64,000 nucleotides of DNA from Mobula hypostoma (lineage: Eukaryota). The position numbers and the translations under genes are program-made. The stretch lies in the NCBI RefSeq assembly GCF_963921235.1, contig NC_086097.1:246266001-246330000 (forward strand). The letters run 5' to 3'. Numbering within the stretch: the stretch's first letter is position 1; each line of letters opens with the position of its first letter. The notes beneath the pieces are model-generated. The model searched no databases and was not told the origin of the DNA. It saw nothing but the letters and a program-made list of their open reading frames with translations. Below are positions 23,744 through 36,769 of this stretch, piece by piece.

Positions 23744-24237
23744 TAGAACTGTGCAAAAGTCTTAGGCACATATATATAGCAAGGGTGCCTAAGACCTTTG
23801 CATAGAACTGTATTTGTTAACGTGGAGCGGACAGCAAATCTGTAAATCTGGTGGAAGCAAAGGATGTTGAGATTGACGAGAGTGCAGTGTCACGGAAGGG
23901 GTGTGGGATAGGTAGCAGGGAAGAAGTGCCAGGGGTGGGGTGGGGGTTTGCCAAGGTCATTTGATTCCAAACAAATGGTTTACTGATCATTACAGAATGT
24001 CTCTCTGGTGTGTGCTGCTCCCTTCCCTCTCCCTTCCCTTTTTCCCAACTGTGATTCTCCTCTCCCTGTCCCCTTCGCACTCTCAGTCCACAACGGAGAG
24101 CCATATCAGAATCAGGTTTATTATCGCTCACATAAGTCATAAAATTTGTTTTTTCTGGCAGCAGCAGTACTACAGTACTGTGGAAAAGTCTTAGGCACTC
24201 TAATCATATATATATGCCTAAGACCTGCACAGAGCTG
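23744..24237. mobile_element. Tc1-type non-autonomous element with palindromic ~67-bp TIRs
   Basis: Hairpin units at 23744-23810 and 24173-24237; body colinear with 34850-35215. Confidence 0.8.
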
Positions 24238-24289
24238 TATATATTTCTTGTGTAATTTATAGTTTTTTCATTTGCGCTGGCAGGTCATT

Positions 24290-24720
24290 CCACTCTCTCA
24301 CGACCCCTTTGTGGTCTTCAGGAGGGGTAAGTCGTCGGAACACACACCAGTCCTCATCGAGGGAGAAGAAGTGGAAAGGGCGAGTAGTTTCAAGTACCTG
24401 GGTGTCAACACCTCTGAGGACCTGTCCTTGGCCCAGCATATTGATGCAATTACGTAGAAGGCACGACAGTGGTTGTATTTTATTATGAGTATGAGGAGAA
24501 TTGATATGTTTCCAAAGACACTCGCTAATTTCTACAGATGTACCGTGGAGAGCATTCTAACTGGTTGCATCACCGTGAACACTACCTCAGTACATTTTTC
24601 ACTCTCTCTTTTATATTACATACTTATCTTTTTTTATTTACTTCTAATTGTAATTTATAGTTTCCATTATTATGTATTATAATGTATTGCTGCAAAACAA
24701 CAAATTTCATGGCATACATG
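24290..24720 (+). mobile_element. Rex1/Babar LINE 3' fragment
   Basis: VERASSFKYLGVNTSEDLS; FYRCTVESILTGCITV. Confidence 0.85.
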
Positions 24721-25799
24721 ACACCAATGAACAATGCGACCAAAGGTGATGTCCTTCAGACAAAACTACTTCTTGAAACTTTTTTACTTCTACTTCTTCT
24801 TTCAAGTATAATTCTGCCACTATTGGAACCTGCGATCTACATTTTGATGGTGCATTTTCAGGCTGATTGAGCAACCTGGTGCTTTGCTATCTCGGAGGGA
24901 GTGGGGTAAGGTCTCGCGTAAAGTGTGCAGTCTGGAGGCCAAGAAGCATGGAGACGGGTTGTGAGCCCACGATCGACTCCATTTCTCATCGGTCTCGCTA
25001 AATAAAGCATCGAGGAGGATCGGAATAAATGTGGAAGAGAGCGGAAGGTGAGCGGGTGTTCAGTGGCCTGCGCTTGCTGCCGCTGGGCGAAGGTGCCTGT
25101 GTGTGACTAGTCTTCCTTTCCCTCTTCGCTTGATGATGTTGGATGATGGCGCCTGAGTCTTGGATCCTGGACAAGGTTTACTCAACGCAATTTGTGGATA
25201 GGACTCCATAGCTCACGTTATGATGTGTTTTTTGGTTGCTATTTTGTGCGATTTTGACCGGGGTGGACTGGCTTTGTGGCCTGAAGTTATCACACAACAC
25301 AGTGCTAGACTGAACTGAACTAACATTCCCTGAGTGTTTCACTGACTTGCGGTTTGATGATTTATATTCTCTGTTTCTCACTTGTTTTTTTTTGCCACTT
25401 GCACAATTCGTTTCTTTTTTGTGTGCTGGGAGCTTGATGTATTTTTTGGAACGGATTCCATAGTTTTCTTTGTTTCATGGGTGTGTGTGAGAAGAGGAAA
25501 TCTCAGGGTTGTATACTGCACACATATTTTGATAATAAATGTACTTTGTATCTTTGAATATGCCAGTGATATTAAACCTGATTCTGATCCCCTATATTTT
25601 CCTCAAATCACCTTAACATTACGCTGCCCCCTTGTATGCCCCCTTCTGCCCTGGGAAAAAGTCTCTGGCTATTCACTCCATCTCTGCCTATCTCACCTCT
25701 CGTCCTCCTTCTCTCCAAAGGGAAAAACCCTCGCTCGCTACCAGAGGTAATTCTCCACAATGTTGTCCCAGTTCTCCTGCAAGGTTATCCTCCAAACTT

Positions 25800-26170
25800 C
25801 TCCTATTGAATACTGAAAGGCTTAGATGGAGTGAATGTGGACAGGATATTTCCCATAATGGGTGAGTATGGTATCAGAGGGCACAGCCTCAGAATAGAAG
25901 GATATCCATTTAGAACAGAGATGAGGAGGAATTAAGCTAGAGGGTGATGAATCTGTGGAATTCATTGCCACAGACAGCTATGGAGGCCAAGTCACTGAGT
26001 ATATTTAAAGTGGAGGTTGCTAGGTTCTTGATTAGTAAGGATCTCAAAGATCACAGGGAGAAAACAGGAGAATGAGGTTGAGAGGGATAATGATTTAGCC
26101 ATGATGGAATGGTGGAGCAGACTCAAAGGGCTGAATGACCTAAGTCAGCTCCTAAGTCTTATGCTCTAAG
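25800..26170 (+). mobile_element. CR1 3' fragment
   Basis: RGHSLRIEG.PFRTEMRR..VNLWNSLP relic and 3' UTR. Confidence 0.8.
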
Positions 26171-26817
26171 AACTTGGACAACATTGTACAGAAATGCCTA
26201 TGACAGTAAGGTAGTGGTTTTTCCTCTTTGGATCAAAAGAAGGTTGAGAGTGATCCCAAAAGGTAATACAAACAGAATATACTGGAAACACTCAACAGGA
26301 CAGGCAGCATCAATGAAAACAGTAAGCATTTCAGGATTCAACATATTTCTCAGACCTAAAGGCATGAGGGGCGTTGCACAGGGAATAGCGTTCTTGTATG
26401 TTTCTGATGAAGAAACTGAGTCAGGATTGCAGGAATGATATAAGTCAGAAAGTGCCTGGTCAAATTTCACAGCTGGTGTGATTTGACTCAAAATGATTAG
26501 GAACACTATTTACACAGGTTGGAGTAATTTTCAATTGCATGGCAATGAAAAATACAGAATTATACAATCCATTTTTTCTAAGCAGCTTTTGAATATTCTG
26601 CAGACATGAAAAACATTAAACAAAATTGAAGATTTTTTTGCATTTTATAAGTGAAATATAGAAAATTATTAATCACAAACCATACTTTTGCAAACATAAT
26701 GTAACCATAGAAAGCTATAACCAAAGCTTAATCCAGCAGAATGAACTGTACATTGAGGGATATCGCTGTGGGCAGGCCTTATTCTGCAGGTTAGAATAGA
26801 TGAATACAATACTTCTG

Positions 26818-27210
26818 TTAGACCATAAGACATAGGAGTAGAATTTAGGCCATTTGACCCATCGTGTCTGTTCTGCAATTCCATCATGGCTGGTTTATTA
26901 TCCTTCTCAACCCCATTCTCCTGCCTTTTCTCCCCATAACCTTTGAAGACCTTACTAATTAAGAGTTTATCAAACTCCACTTTAAATATACCCAACGATG
27001 GCCTCTACAACCATCTGTGACAATGAATTCCACAGATTCACCACCCTTTGAAATTCCTTTTCATCGCTGTTCCGAAGGAACATCCTTCTAATCTGAGGCT
27101 GTGCCCTCTGGTCCTAGACTTTCCCATTATTGGAAACATCCTCTCCACGACCACTCTATCTTAGCCTTTCAATATGCGATAGGTTTCAATGAGATCCACC
27201 CTCATTCTTC
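26818..27210 (-). mobile_element. CR1 3' fragment
   Basis: Reverse complement of the CR1 3' end and TCTTATGG tail. Confidence 0.85.
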
Positions 27211-27249
27211 TTATAAGGATCTGGATGGGCCTTTGTTAGAATATTTTTT

Positions 27250-27545
27250 ATAGGCATCCGTTAGTCTCATGAGACCATGGATTTGTGCCTTGGAAGGTTT
27301 CCAGGGCGCAGGCCTGGGCAAGGTTGTATGGAAGACCAGCAGTTGCCAATGCTGCAAGCCTCCCCTCTGCACACCACCGATGTTGTCCAAGGGAAGGGCA
27401 TTAGGGCCCTTACAGCTTGGCACCGGTGTCGTCGCAGAGCAATGTGTGGTTAAGTGCCTTGCTCAAGGACACAACATGCTGCCTCAGCCAAGGCTCGAAC
27501 TAGCGACCTTCAGATCACTGGACGAACGCCTTAACCACTTGGTTA
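27250..27545 (-). mobile_element. tRNA-derived SINE (family B)
   Basis: Colinear with 10386-10694; B-box GTTCGAGCC on the minus strand. Confidence 0.85.
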
Positions 27546-27589
27546 GAATAGCTACATATCATATTTTTGTTTTAAGGGTCAGTATGGCA

Positions 27590-28195
27590 TGAGGCCCTCT
27601 GTTGGTTGTGATAACCATGGATGTTGTGTCCCAGCTCTCTACATGATACGCAAGCTGGGACAGTACGACATGGAGAATAAGCTGTTGCCTAAGTAGCAGA
27701 ATGCCCTGTTTATGCAGCTGATGAATCCAAAGGAATAGCAGAGACCAATACCATTTGGTACCAGCAACGTTGCAGGAGTTGTCAGTCAGCATTGAACACA
27801 ACGTAGGACTGCTTTAGTGGCAAATTCCAGCTCCGTATTTTTCCTTGGTGGGTGGGGGTTAATTCCCGCAGCCTTTCCTGTGAATAGGTATAGCCGCAAG
27901 GAAGTGGAGGTTTGAGATCAGAGTTTTCCTTCCCCTAGATAAGCTGCCAACCATGGCTGACAAGCCCCATCTGTCCAAAGCGACTGGTTTTAAGGTGCCA
28001 GTAACCTGTGTTTGCCCTTTCTCCTGTCAGTAGAAACAATTCCACTAGGCTAAGAAACTAAGTCACAGGTGAAGGCCAGGAGCTGGACTTGGTTGTCAGA
28101 GCCTTTTGAGATACATGCCTTTGGGAGTATTTAATAGGTAGTGGGAGCATGTCCCCATTACCACCCATGGCTACAGCAACATTAGGGAACCCAGG
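27590..28195 (-). mobile_element. Family A non-autonomous retroelement
   Basis: Reverse complement colinear with 8825-9410. Confidence 0.8.
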
Positions 28196-28274
28196 ATAGT
28201 GTAGAACAGAACATTTAACATAGCCTTCAGAAAGTAATGCCATAAAACTTGTATGCTTTTCATGAACAACATAC

Positions 28275-28570
28275 TGTACGTTCATCATGTGCTGTGTCCT
28301 ATGAGGTGGGCAGACGTGGTCTTTCCATGACCATGAGTAGTGTTGGCAATTTCAGAGATCGTCTGCCTGACGTCAGAGGTTGCATAACCAGGACTTGTGA
28401 TATGCACCATCTGCTCATACGACCATCCAGCCCTGCTCCCAAGGTTTCATGTGACCCTGATTAGAGGGCTAAGCAGGTGCTACACCTTGTTCAAGGGTGA
28501 CCCGCAGGCTAGCAGAGGGAAAGAGTGCCCGACACCTCCTTTGATAGAGACGTATCTCCACCCGCCACTC
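28275..28570 (-). mobile_element. Probable RTE-related SINE or non-autonomous element
   Basis: GC-rich head; the minus-strand 3' end GTCATGGAAAGACCACG..GACACAGCACATGATGA resembles RTE tails. Confidence 0.45.
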
Positions 28571-29249
28571 ATCTCATGAAAAACAGCTGATAGAATTGCC
28601 CTGATTTTCTTCTTGGAAAGATATAGTACTGTCGAATAATTCCCAACAAACATTTACTTTACCTTTGGATGTAAGAACAGTTTGGGATTTTCCAAAGGTT
28701 TTTGACATTTTCCCTTTTGACTTACTGTTAGTTAAGTGTGTGGCTTCCTGTTTTATTGTGCTTCATTTCATTAATTTACATAAGTCTCCATAGACCTCTG
28801 TCCTCCTAATGTTCCACACCATGTGTTTTCCATTTTAGCCCTGATGACTTCCGCATGTATGGCTTTTGATTTGTTGCCCTGCTGTGACTGCTGCACATTT
28901 TTTGTCCTATTATTAATGTCTATATTTTACAATAATTTTAACTTTGCAAGTTTTATTCCTCACTTTGACACCAGGATGTGGTTTCGGTCACAAAGCCTCA
29001 GCTGGTAATTTGTCACCCCCGACTCTCTGATTTTGCCATGAAGTCAGACACACGAGGGACCGATCCTTTCCCCGAGTTCACACCACTGTGACAGGCCGTG
29101 TGAGATAGAAATGCACCATCCGTTCATGAACTAAAGCTTCCGTGTGGGGGGAGAGGTTCTTTGCCTTCAACATGGTTTCCTCCTTCCTCTGCAAACTGCT
29201 CTAGTTAGTCTGTTCTTAACAAATTATCAGCCAAGATATTAGCCTTATT

Positions 29250-30280
29250 ATATAGTCATAGACTCATAGAGAAGTACAGCACAGAAACAGGCCCTTTGGC
29301 CCATCTAGTCCATGCCAAAATCATTTAAACTACCTGCTCCCATCAATCTGCACTGGAGCCATAGCCCTTCATAACCCTACCTTCCATGTACCTATCCAAA
29401 CTTCCTTCAAACATTGAAATCGAGCTTGTGTGCACCACTTCAGTTGGCAGCTCATTTTACACTCTGATAACCCTCTAATTGAAGAAGTTCCTCTCATGTT
29501 CCCCTTAAACTTTTCACCTTTCACCCTTAACCCATGACCTCTAGTTGTGGTCCCACCCAACCTCAGTGGAAAAAGCCTGCTTGCATTTACCCTAACTATG
29601 CCCCTCGTAATTTTGTATACCTCTATCAAATCTCTCAATTTTCTATGTTCTAGAGAATATAGTCCTAACCTATTCAATCTTCCCTTATAACTCAAGTCCT
29701 CCAGACCCTGTAACATCCTTGTAAATTTTCTCTATACTCTTTCAACCTGGTTTTAATTTTTCCTGTAGGTAGGTGACCAAAACTGCGCACAATACCCCAA
29801 ATTAGGCTTCTCCAACGTCTTATAGAACTTCAACATAACATCCCATCTCCTGTACTCAGTACATTGATTTATAGAAACATAGAAACATAGAAAATAGGTG
29901 CAGGAGTAGGCCATTCGGCCCTTCGAGCCTGCACCACCATTCAGTATGATCATGGCTGATCATCCAACTCAGAACCCTGTACCTGCCTTCTCTCCATACC
30001 CCCTGATCCCTTTAGCCACAAGGGCCATATTTAACTCCCTCTTAAATATAGCCAATGAACTGGCCTCAACTGTTTCCTGTGGCAGAGAATTCCACAGATT
30101 CACCACTCTCTGTGTGAAGAAGTTTTTCCTCATCTTGGTCCTAAAAGGCTTCCCCTTTATCCTTAAACTGTGACCCCTCGTTCTGGACTTCCCCAACAAC
30201 GGGAACAATCTTCCTGCATCTAGCCTGTCCAATCCCTTTAGGATTTTATACGTTTCAATATGAAGGCCAATGTGCCAAGT
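29250..30280 (-). mobile_element. Older CR1 fragment containing a young nested CR1 (29871-30258)
   Basis: Outer ORF relics LGYCAQFWSP and TRGHGL; inner copy ETYKILKGLDRLDAGRLFP with (TTTCTATG)n tail. Confidence 0.9.
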
Positions 30281-31138
30281 GGGCAAAGTCAAAGTAAAAT
30301 TTATTACTGTATACATTCTAAATGGACATTGAACTCACAAACTCATTGAACTACCTCACTACTTTCTTATTTCTGTTATTCTGCACCACTTATTTAAACA
30401 TAACTATTTAATGGACATATATATACTAACGTACTCAGTTTTTTCTCCATAGTTATTTGTCATGTCTTGCATTGTACTGCTGCCATAAAGTTAACAAATC
30501 TCACAACACATGCCAGTGATATTAAATCTGATTCTGACTAAAGCAGGGAGTTCACCATATGAAGGGTGGAGTTTGTTGGACACTTTAGCTTAGCTTTAGA
30601 TGTATTTGTCACATGTACATCAAAACATATAGTGAAATGCACCTTTTGTGCCAATGACCAAAACAGTGCAAGGATTGTGCTTCCAGCAGCAACGTAGCAT
30701 AGCCACAACTCACTAACCATACATCTTTGGAACGTGGGAGGGGACTGGAGTACCCAGGATAAACCCATGTGGTCAAGGGAAAACGTGAAAACTCTCAGCC
30801 GAGCGGAGGAAACTAAACCCCAATTTATACCTGGTGCTGAAAAGCTAACCACTAGCCGCTACGCTAGCTACCATTCTAAATATTCCCTGAAAATCACGTC
30901 CCAGTGTTGCACTCAGATTAAATTGTTGAAAATGAACAACAAGCAATCCATTCAAAGAAAAGCTATATTCCACGTAAAGTCTCCATATTTTCTCAAACTA
31001 TACATTCTCAATATTTAATGAGTAAAGAGATCTTCACTGAATTCCTCACAATTCCAAGCATCTTACGTTTATGGCCTCTGGTTTTGAGCTCTTCAGAAAT
31101 TGAAACACTTTCTCCAGGAATATATCTAATGTGATTAT

Positions 31139-31460
31139 GGTGGCACTGTAGCACAGTGGTTTGCGTAATGCTATTACAGTGCCAGCTGTAAGACTGGAGC
31201 TCAATTCTTGCCACTGTGTGTAAGGAATTCACACGTTCTCCCCATGACCGTGTGGGTTTCCTCCGGGTGCTCCAGTTTCCTCCCACGTTCCAAAGACGTA
31301 CAGTTTAGGGTTCATGAGTCATGGGCTGTGATGTTGTTGCTGGAAATATGGTGACATTTGTGGCCCCCCCCCCAGTGCAAACCCTCTCTGATCGGATTTG
31401 ACACAAACAATGCATTTCACTATATGTTTCAATGTACATGTGACAAATAAAGCTGATCTT
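31139..31460 (+). mobile_element. tRNA-derived SINE
   Basis: A-box TAGCACAGTGG, body GGGTTTCCTCCGGGTGCTCCAGTTTCCTCCCAC, tail GTGACAAATAAAGCT. Confidence 0.75.
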
Positions 31461-31515
31461 ATGGACTTATGAAATATCCTGATGAATCTTTTCACATTAT
31501 TAAAAATCTCTAGAA

Positions 31516-31596
31516 CAGGAGTTCCCAACCCGGGATCCATGGACTCCTTGCTTAATGGTATTGGTCCATGGCATAAAAAAGGTTGGGAACCTTCTG
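31516..31596. mobile_element. 81-bp hAT/Charlie MITE
   Basis: TIRs CAGGAGTTCCCAACC / GGTTGGGAACCTTCTG; 8-bp TSD CTCTAGAA (31508-31515) / CTCCAGAA (31597-31604). Confidence 0.9.
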
Positions 31597-31680
31597 CTCC
31601 AGAAGATCACTTCTGTTACTTCTTGTTCTTAAAGAAAAGAGACTTAACTATTTAGCCTTTTGTGATAGTTTTCCTCACAA

Positions 31681-31885
31681 CTAATCATGGGACAATTTAC
31701 AATGACCAATTAACCAACCAACTGGTACGTCTTTGGGACTGTGGGAGGAAACTGGAGCACCCGGAGCAAATCCACGCGGTCCGGGGGAGAACGTACAAAC
31801 TCCTTACAGGCAGCAGCGGGAACTGAACCCAGATCACTCTTGCTGTGAAGCGTTGTGCTGACCACTATGCTACCATGCCACCCAG
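31681..31885 (-). mobile_element. tRNA-derived SINE flanked by a 70-bp direct repeat
   Basis: Minus strand has GGCATGGTAGCATAGTGG A-box and GGTTCAGTTCC B-box; repeats at 31611-31680 and 31886-31955. Confidence 0.8.
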
Positions 31886-32332
31886 TTCTGCTACTTCTGG
31901 TCGTTAAAGAAAAGAGATTTACCTATTTGGTCTTCTGTGGTAGTTTTCCTTACAATTTTTTAAAATCTTTTTTTTTGTATATCATTTTTGATTACCATCC
32001 ATTTTCTCCTTTTGCAACAGGGAGACCAGACTATGGCCACATTACTCCATTACTATAGTCTGGCTCTGAAATCTATTCTACTGACGTCAATGGAATTAAA
32101 TTTCAAAGGGAGGGTACAATATACCGAAGTTACTATATAGATTGTTTACCCCTAGTGACCAGAGATGAATTTCCAAACACATATTTAGCTGTCCATCTTA
32201 TAAAGTGTAATGGCAAGAATGTGATAAACAATCAGCTTTAACTAGGAGTTGCACTTTAAACGAGCAGCTGGAAATACATTACAAGTACATCTCCCATGAA
32301 AATAATCTGGAAAAAAATATATTCTTTTTTTT

Positions 32333-33390
32333 TGCCTGGATTAGAGGGCATGTGCTACAATGAGAGGTTGAACAAACGTGGATTCTTTTTTCTGGAGTGG
32401 CGGAGGCTGAGAGAGATCTGATAGAGGTTTATAAGATTATGAGAGGCATTGATAGACAGGCAGTATCTTTTTCCAAGGGTTGAAATGTCTAATACCAGAG
32501 GGCATGTGCTTAAGGTGAGAGGGGGTAACTTCAAAGGATATGTGAGTGCCTGAAATATGCTACCTGGGGTGGTGGTAGTGGCAGATACATTAAGGACTTC
32601 TAAGAGGTATTTAGATAAGCATACAAATGTGAAGGAAATGGAAGGATATGGACATTATGTAGTCAGAACAGATTAGTTTAGTTAGCCATTTGATGACTAA
32701 TTTATTTGGTTGAGCAAAACATTGTGGGCCGAAGGGCTGTTGTATGCTGTACTGATCTAATTTCACTCTGTGTTTTGCTTTTGCTCATTATGGCCTCTGC
32801 TTAGATAAAATTTTGGCTCTCGCGGCAATAAAATGGAAACGTTTATTTGGCACTGAAACTAAGACTTTATTGAAAACACACAGTCTAGCTCCATTTCACA
32901 AGGGAGATCCACCCACCTGTAGATCACACGTTACCATGGGTGTAAGATCAGATTCTAGTTATGTGTCACAATTTTAGAGTCAGGGCAAAAGAAAACAGCT
33001 TGAGCACAGGAGTTGGGAGATTTCATAGAGGTATACAAAATTTTGAGAGGTATGGGCAGGGTAAACCCAAGCAGGCTTTTTTTAAAATGAGTTTGGGTGA
33101 GATCAGAATTAGAGGTCATGGGTTAAGGATGAAAGGTGAAATGTTTAAGGAAAACCTGAGGGGGAGCTTCTTCACTCATGAGTGATGAGAGTGCGGAATG
33201 AGCTGCCAGTGGAAGTAGTGGATGCAGGTTCGACTTCAACGTTTAAGAGAAGGTCAGATAGGTACATGGATGGGAGGGATACAATGGGCTATGGTCTGGG
33301 TGCAGGTCGATGTGACTAGGAAGAATAACAGTTTGGCATGGTCTAGATGGACTGAAGGCCCTGTTTCTGTGCTGTGGTACTCTATGACTC
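32333..33390 (+). mobile_element. Two CR1 3' fragments (32333-32760 and 33020-33390) separated by unique DNA
   Basis: DLIEVYKIMRGID and TRGH motifs plus CR1 3' UTRs. Confidence 0.75.
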
Positions 33391-34107
33391 CAGTTAGCTT
33401 TAGTTCTGATTTTTATGAATGCACGAGAGAGAGCAGTCTATCTGGATGCATCACAGCTGGTGTGGCAACAGATTTGCCAAAACCACAAGAAACTGCAGAG
33501 AGCTGTGAACACAGATCAGCATGGAAACCAGCATGCCCTCCATGAACTCTGTGTATACTTTTCACTGCTTTGGTAAAGCAGCCAGCGTAATCAGAGACCG
33601 CACCCAGCCTGAACAGTCTCTCCCATCAGGCAGAAGCCGCAGGAGTCTGAAAGCACATACCACCGGCCTCTACTCCCCTTTTATAAGACTATTAAATATT
33701 CCTTGGTACGATAAGTTAGACCTTACAATCTACCTCGTTGTGATCTTTATCGTTTACCTGCACTGCGCTTTCTCTGTAGCTTTTACACCTTACTCTGCAT
33801 TGTTATTGTTTTATCTTCTTCTACCTCAATGCACTGTGTAGTGATCTGTGTGAGCAGTATGTAAGTCAGGTTTTTCACTGCATATCGATACACGTGACAA
33901 TAATAAATCAACACCAACACACTGCTGTGTCATTGGTGCATCAATTAACAAGTTTTATTGCGCCCGTAACCAAGCTAACCAGAGTGATATAACCATAGGG
34001 GTAACCCTCAGAACTAACGGGTGTAATCAACATCTGATTACACTGAAACTGGGAGATCTGATATAATAGTTTAACATACATCTAATGCAGTCGTTCATTC
34101 AGTTATA

Positions 34108-34430
34108 ATAAGACCGTAAGACATACTGATGCCGAATTGGGCTATTCGGCCCATTGAGCGTACTCCATCCTGACTGATTTATCGTCCCTCTTAACCCCGT
34201 TCTCCTGCTTTCTCTCCATAACCTTGGACACCCTTATTAATTACGAACCTATAAACCCCCACGTTAAATGTAGCTACTGGCCTGGCCTCCACAGCCATCA
34301 GTGGCAATGAATTCCACAGGTTCAGCACTCTCTGGTTAAAGAGATTCCTTCTCACCTCCGCTCTTAAAAGGACGTCTTTTTATTCTGAGGTTGTGCCCTC
34401 TGACCCTAGACTCTCCCGTTACTGGGAACA
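34108..34430 (-). mobile_element. CR1 3' fragment
   Basis: Reverse-complement CR1 3' UTR. Confidence 0.75.
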
Positions 34431-34781
34431 TATAGCCAGGAAGAAGTTTGGACCATGTGATTAAGAGCAGCATTTACGTACATTATGAATCCTTTTGGGT
34501 CTGAAGAGTGCACCAGGACAAACAACCAGAGGCTCAGAGATGGCCATCCTGGAGTTGGAGGGGTGTGTGTGTGTGTGTGTGTAAGTGGGAGATGGGAGGG
34601 AAGGAAAAAGACTTGCTTTCCTGTTGCTTTATGTTTTGCTTGGTTTTGTTTTTATCCAGAGCTGAATCAGAATCAGGTTTATTTTCACTGATATATATTG
34701 TGAAATTTGTTGTTTTGTGGCAGCAATATAGTGTAATGTATCAACACTACTAATTAGAATAAAATATATTTTATATATATA

Positions 34782-35290
34782 CAGTACTGTGCAAAAGTCC
34801 TATGCACATATTTACAGCTACGGTGCCCAAGACTTTTGTAAAGTACTGTACTTATCAACAAAGAGCGGAGAGTGAGTTTGTAAATCTGATGTGAGAAAAG
34901 TATGCTGGGAATGACGAGTGTGGAGTACCCGTAGGAGGGGTGTGAGACAGGTGGCAGAGAAGGAGTGCCCAGCCCTGAGACACCAGGCACCATTTGATTC
35001 CAAACAATTGGTTCATTGATCATTCTAGAATGTCTCTCTGGTGCTTCCCGCTCCCTCCCCTGTCCTTTCCCCATTTCTCAACCATGATTCCCTCTACCTG
35101 CCCCCTTCCCACTCTCAGTCCACAATAGAGACCCACATCAGAATCAGGTTTATCATCACTCACATATATCATGATTATTTTTGTGGTAGCAGTACAATGC
35201 AATACATAAAATTACTACAGTATTGTACAAAAGTCTTAGGCACCTTAGCTATATATATATATATATTCCTATGATTTTTGCACAATACTG
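34782..35290. mobile_element. Tc1-type non-autonomous element with palindromic TIRs
   Basis: TA|CAGTACTGTGCAAAAGTC ... TTTTGCACAATACTG|TA; hairpin units at 34782-34848 and 35218-35290. Confidence 0.85.
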
Positions 35291-35312
35291 TACATTATAT
35301 AATATATACACA

Positions 35313-35655
35313 CACATAATGGCCACTTTGTTAACTACACTTGTACACATGCATGTTAATGCCAATAATTCATGTGGTAGCAACTCAATACATAAAAGCA
35401 CAAAGACATGGTCAAGAAGTTCAGTTGTTGTTCAGGCCAAACATCAGAATGGGAAAGAAATGTGATCTAAGTGACTTTGGCTGTGGAATGATTGTTGGTG
35501 CCAAACTGGGTGGTTTGAGTATCTCAGAAACTGCTGATCTCCTGGGATTTTCATGCACAACAGTCTAGAGTTTACAGGGAATGGTACGAAAAAAAGATCA
35601 AGTGAGCAGCAGTTCTGTGGGTGGAAAACACCTAGTTAATGGGAGAGATCAGAGC
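35313..35655 (+). mobile_element. Tc1-derived element fragment
   Basis: MGKKCDLSDFGCGMIVGAKLGGLSISETADLLGFS. Confidence 0.85.
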
Positions 35656-36769
35656 CTGGTGTGGAAGCTCCAGTGCACAGCATTGCAAGACACTGCAGAC
35701 GGATGTGCATTCAGCCAGTTCCATCATGAGCACAATCCGCATTGAGGATATCTTCAAAAAGTGATGCCTGACGAAGGAGGCATCCATCACTAAGGACCAT
35801 CACAGGCTTTCCTCTTCTTGCTACCATCAGGGAATGTGTGTAGGAGTCTGAAAACACACGCTCAACATCTTACGAACAGCTTCTTCACCTCCACCTTCAG
35901 ATTTCTGAACGGGCAATGAATCCATTAACCTCACTATTTCTCTTTTACACTATTGATTTACTTATGTAACTTATAATAATCACAATGCCTTGCACTATAC
36001 TGCTGCTGCAAAACAAATTTCACCAACACATGTCGGTGATATAAACTTGATTCATACCAGTGTAACACTCTTATAGCGTCAACTGTACGACTGGGGTTCA
36101 ATTCTCGCCGCTGTCTGCAGGAAGCTTCTACATTCTCCCAATGAACCATGTTGACTTTTTATGGGTACTCTGCGCTCTTCCTCCTGCATTCTAAAGGTGT
36201 ACGGGTTAGTTGGTTAATTAGTCATATGGGTATAATTAGGTCACAAGTCCCTGTTACCTCTAAATAAAATAAATAAAAGGAACAGTAAAATTATATAAAT
36301 ACTGCTTATTTGTTATGTTCACTACCATGAATACAGAAACATCAGGCCAATTCATGTCAATCATTGTTTTTGGTCCATTAACAGAAGAATTCACAGTAGT
36401 TTAACTAGGAATTTCTAGTTAAATTGAATACTTTTGGGGAAATCTGCTCTGAGTATCACATGGTAAACTATTCCATGTTTGAGCAAAATTTTACCATCTG
36501 GACAGAAGACCAGATGTTCTTTGTGACTCGATAGAGTAGGTTGTAGCGTAGTAAATAACAGCTGATACATTCTTTCTCCATCTATAACCAAGAATGGGCA
36601 GTGCATTTGGAAGATAACCTTGCATTGGGAGGATAACAATACATGCTTATGACAAGTAAATAGTCCCTGTCAGACATTGGTAATGTAGAATACTGCAAGC
36701 CTGGTTCACTGGCTCATTGGCAGGGGAACTGTGTTGCCTTGGTTGTTGCGCTGACAAGGCCCACGTGCT

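Noticed and set aside
28450..28570. HDV-like fold at the head of the minus-strand element
   Set aside because: A P1-like pairing exists, but P3 and the catalytic joiner could not be assigned.
28975..29004. Possible 30-nt micro-exon; similar candidates near 19800-19830 and 23185-23217
   Set aside because: Splice-like motifs only, and the peptides are not recognisable.
32082..32089. Perfect CRE palindrome TGACGTCA
   Set aside because: A single 8-mer is expected about once per 64 kb by chance; another lies inside a repeat near 28368.
32805..32941. Possible plus-strand exon (pyrimidine-rich acceptor, open frame KILALAAIKWKRLFG..., gtaaga donor)
   Set aside because: No recognisable protein similarity and no partner exons; pseudo-exons are common. 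Needs RNA-seq.
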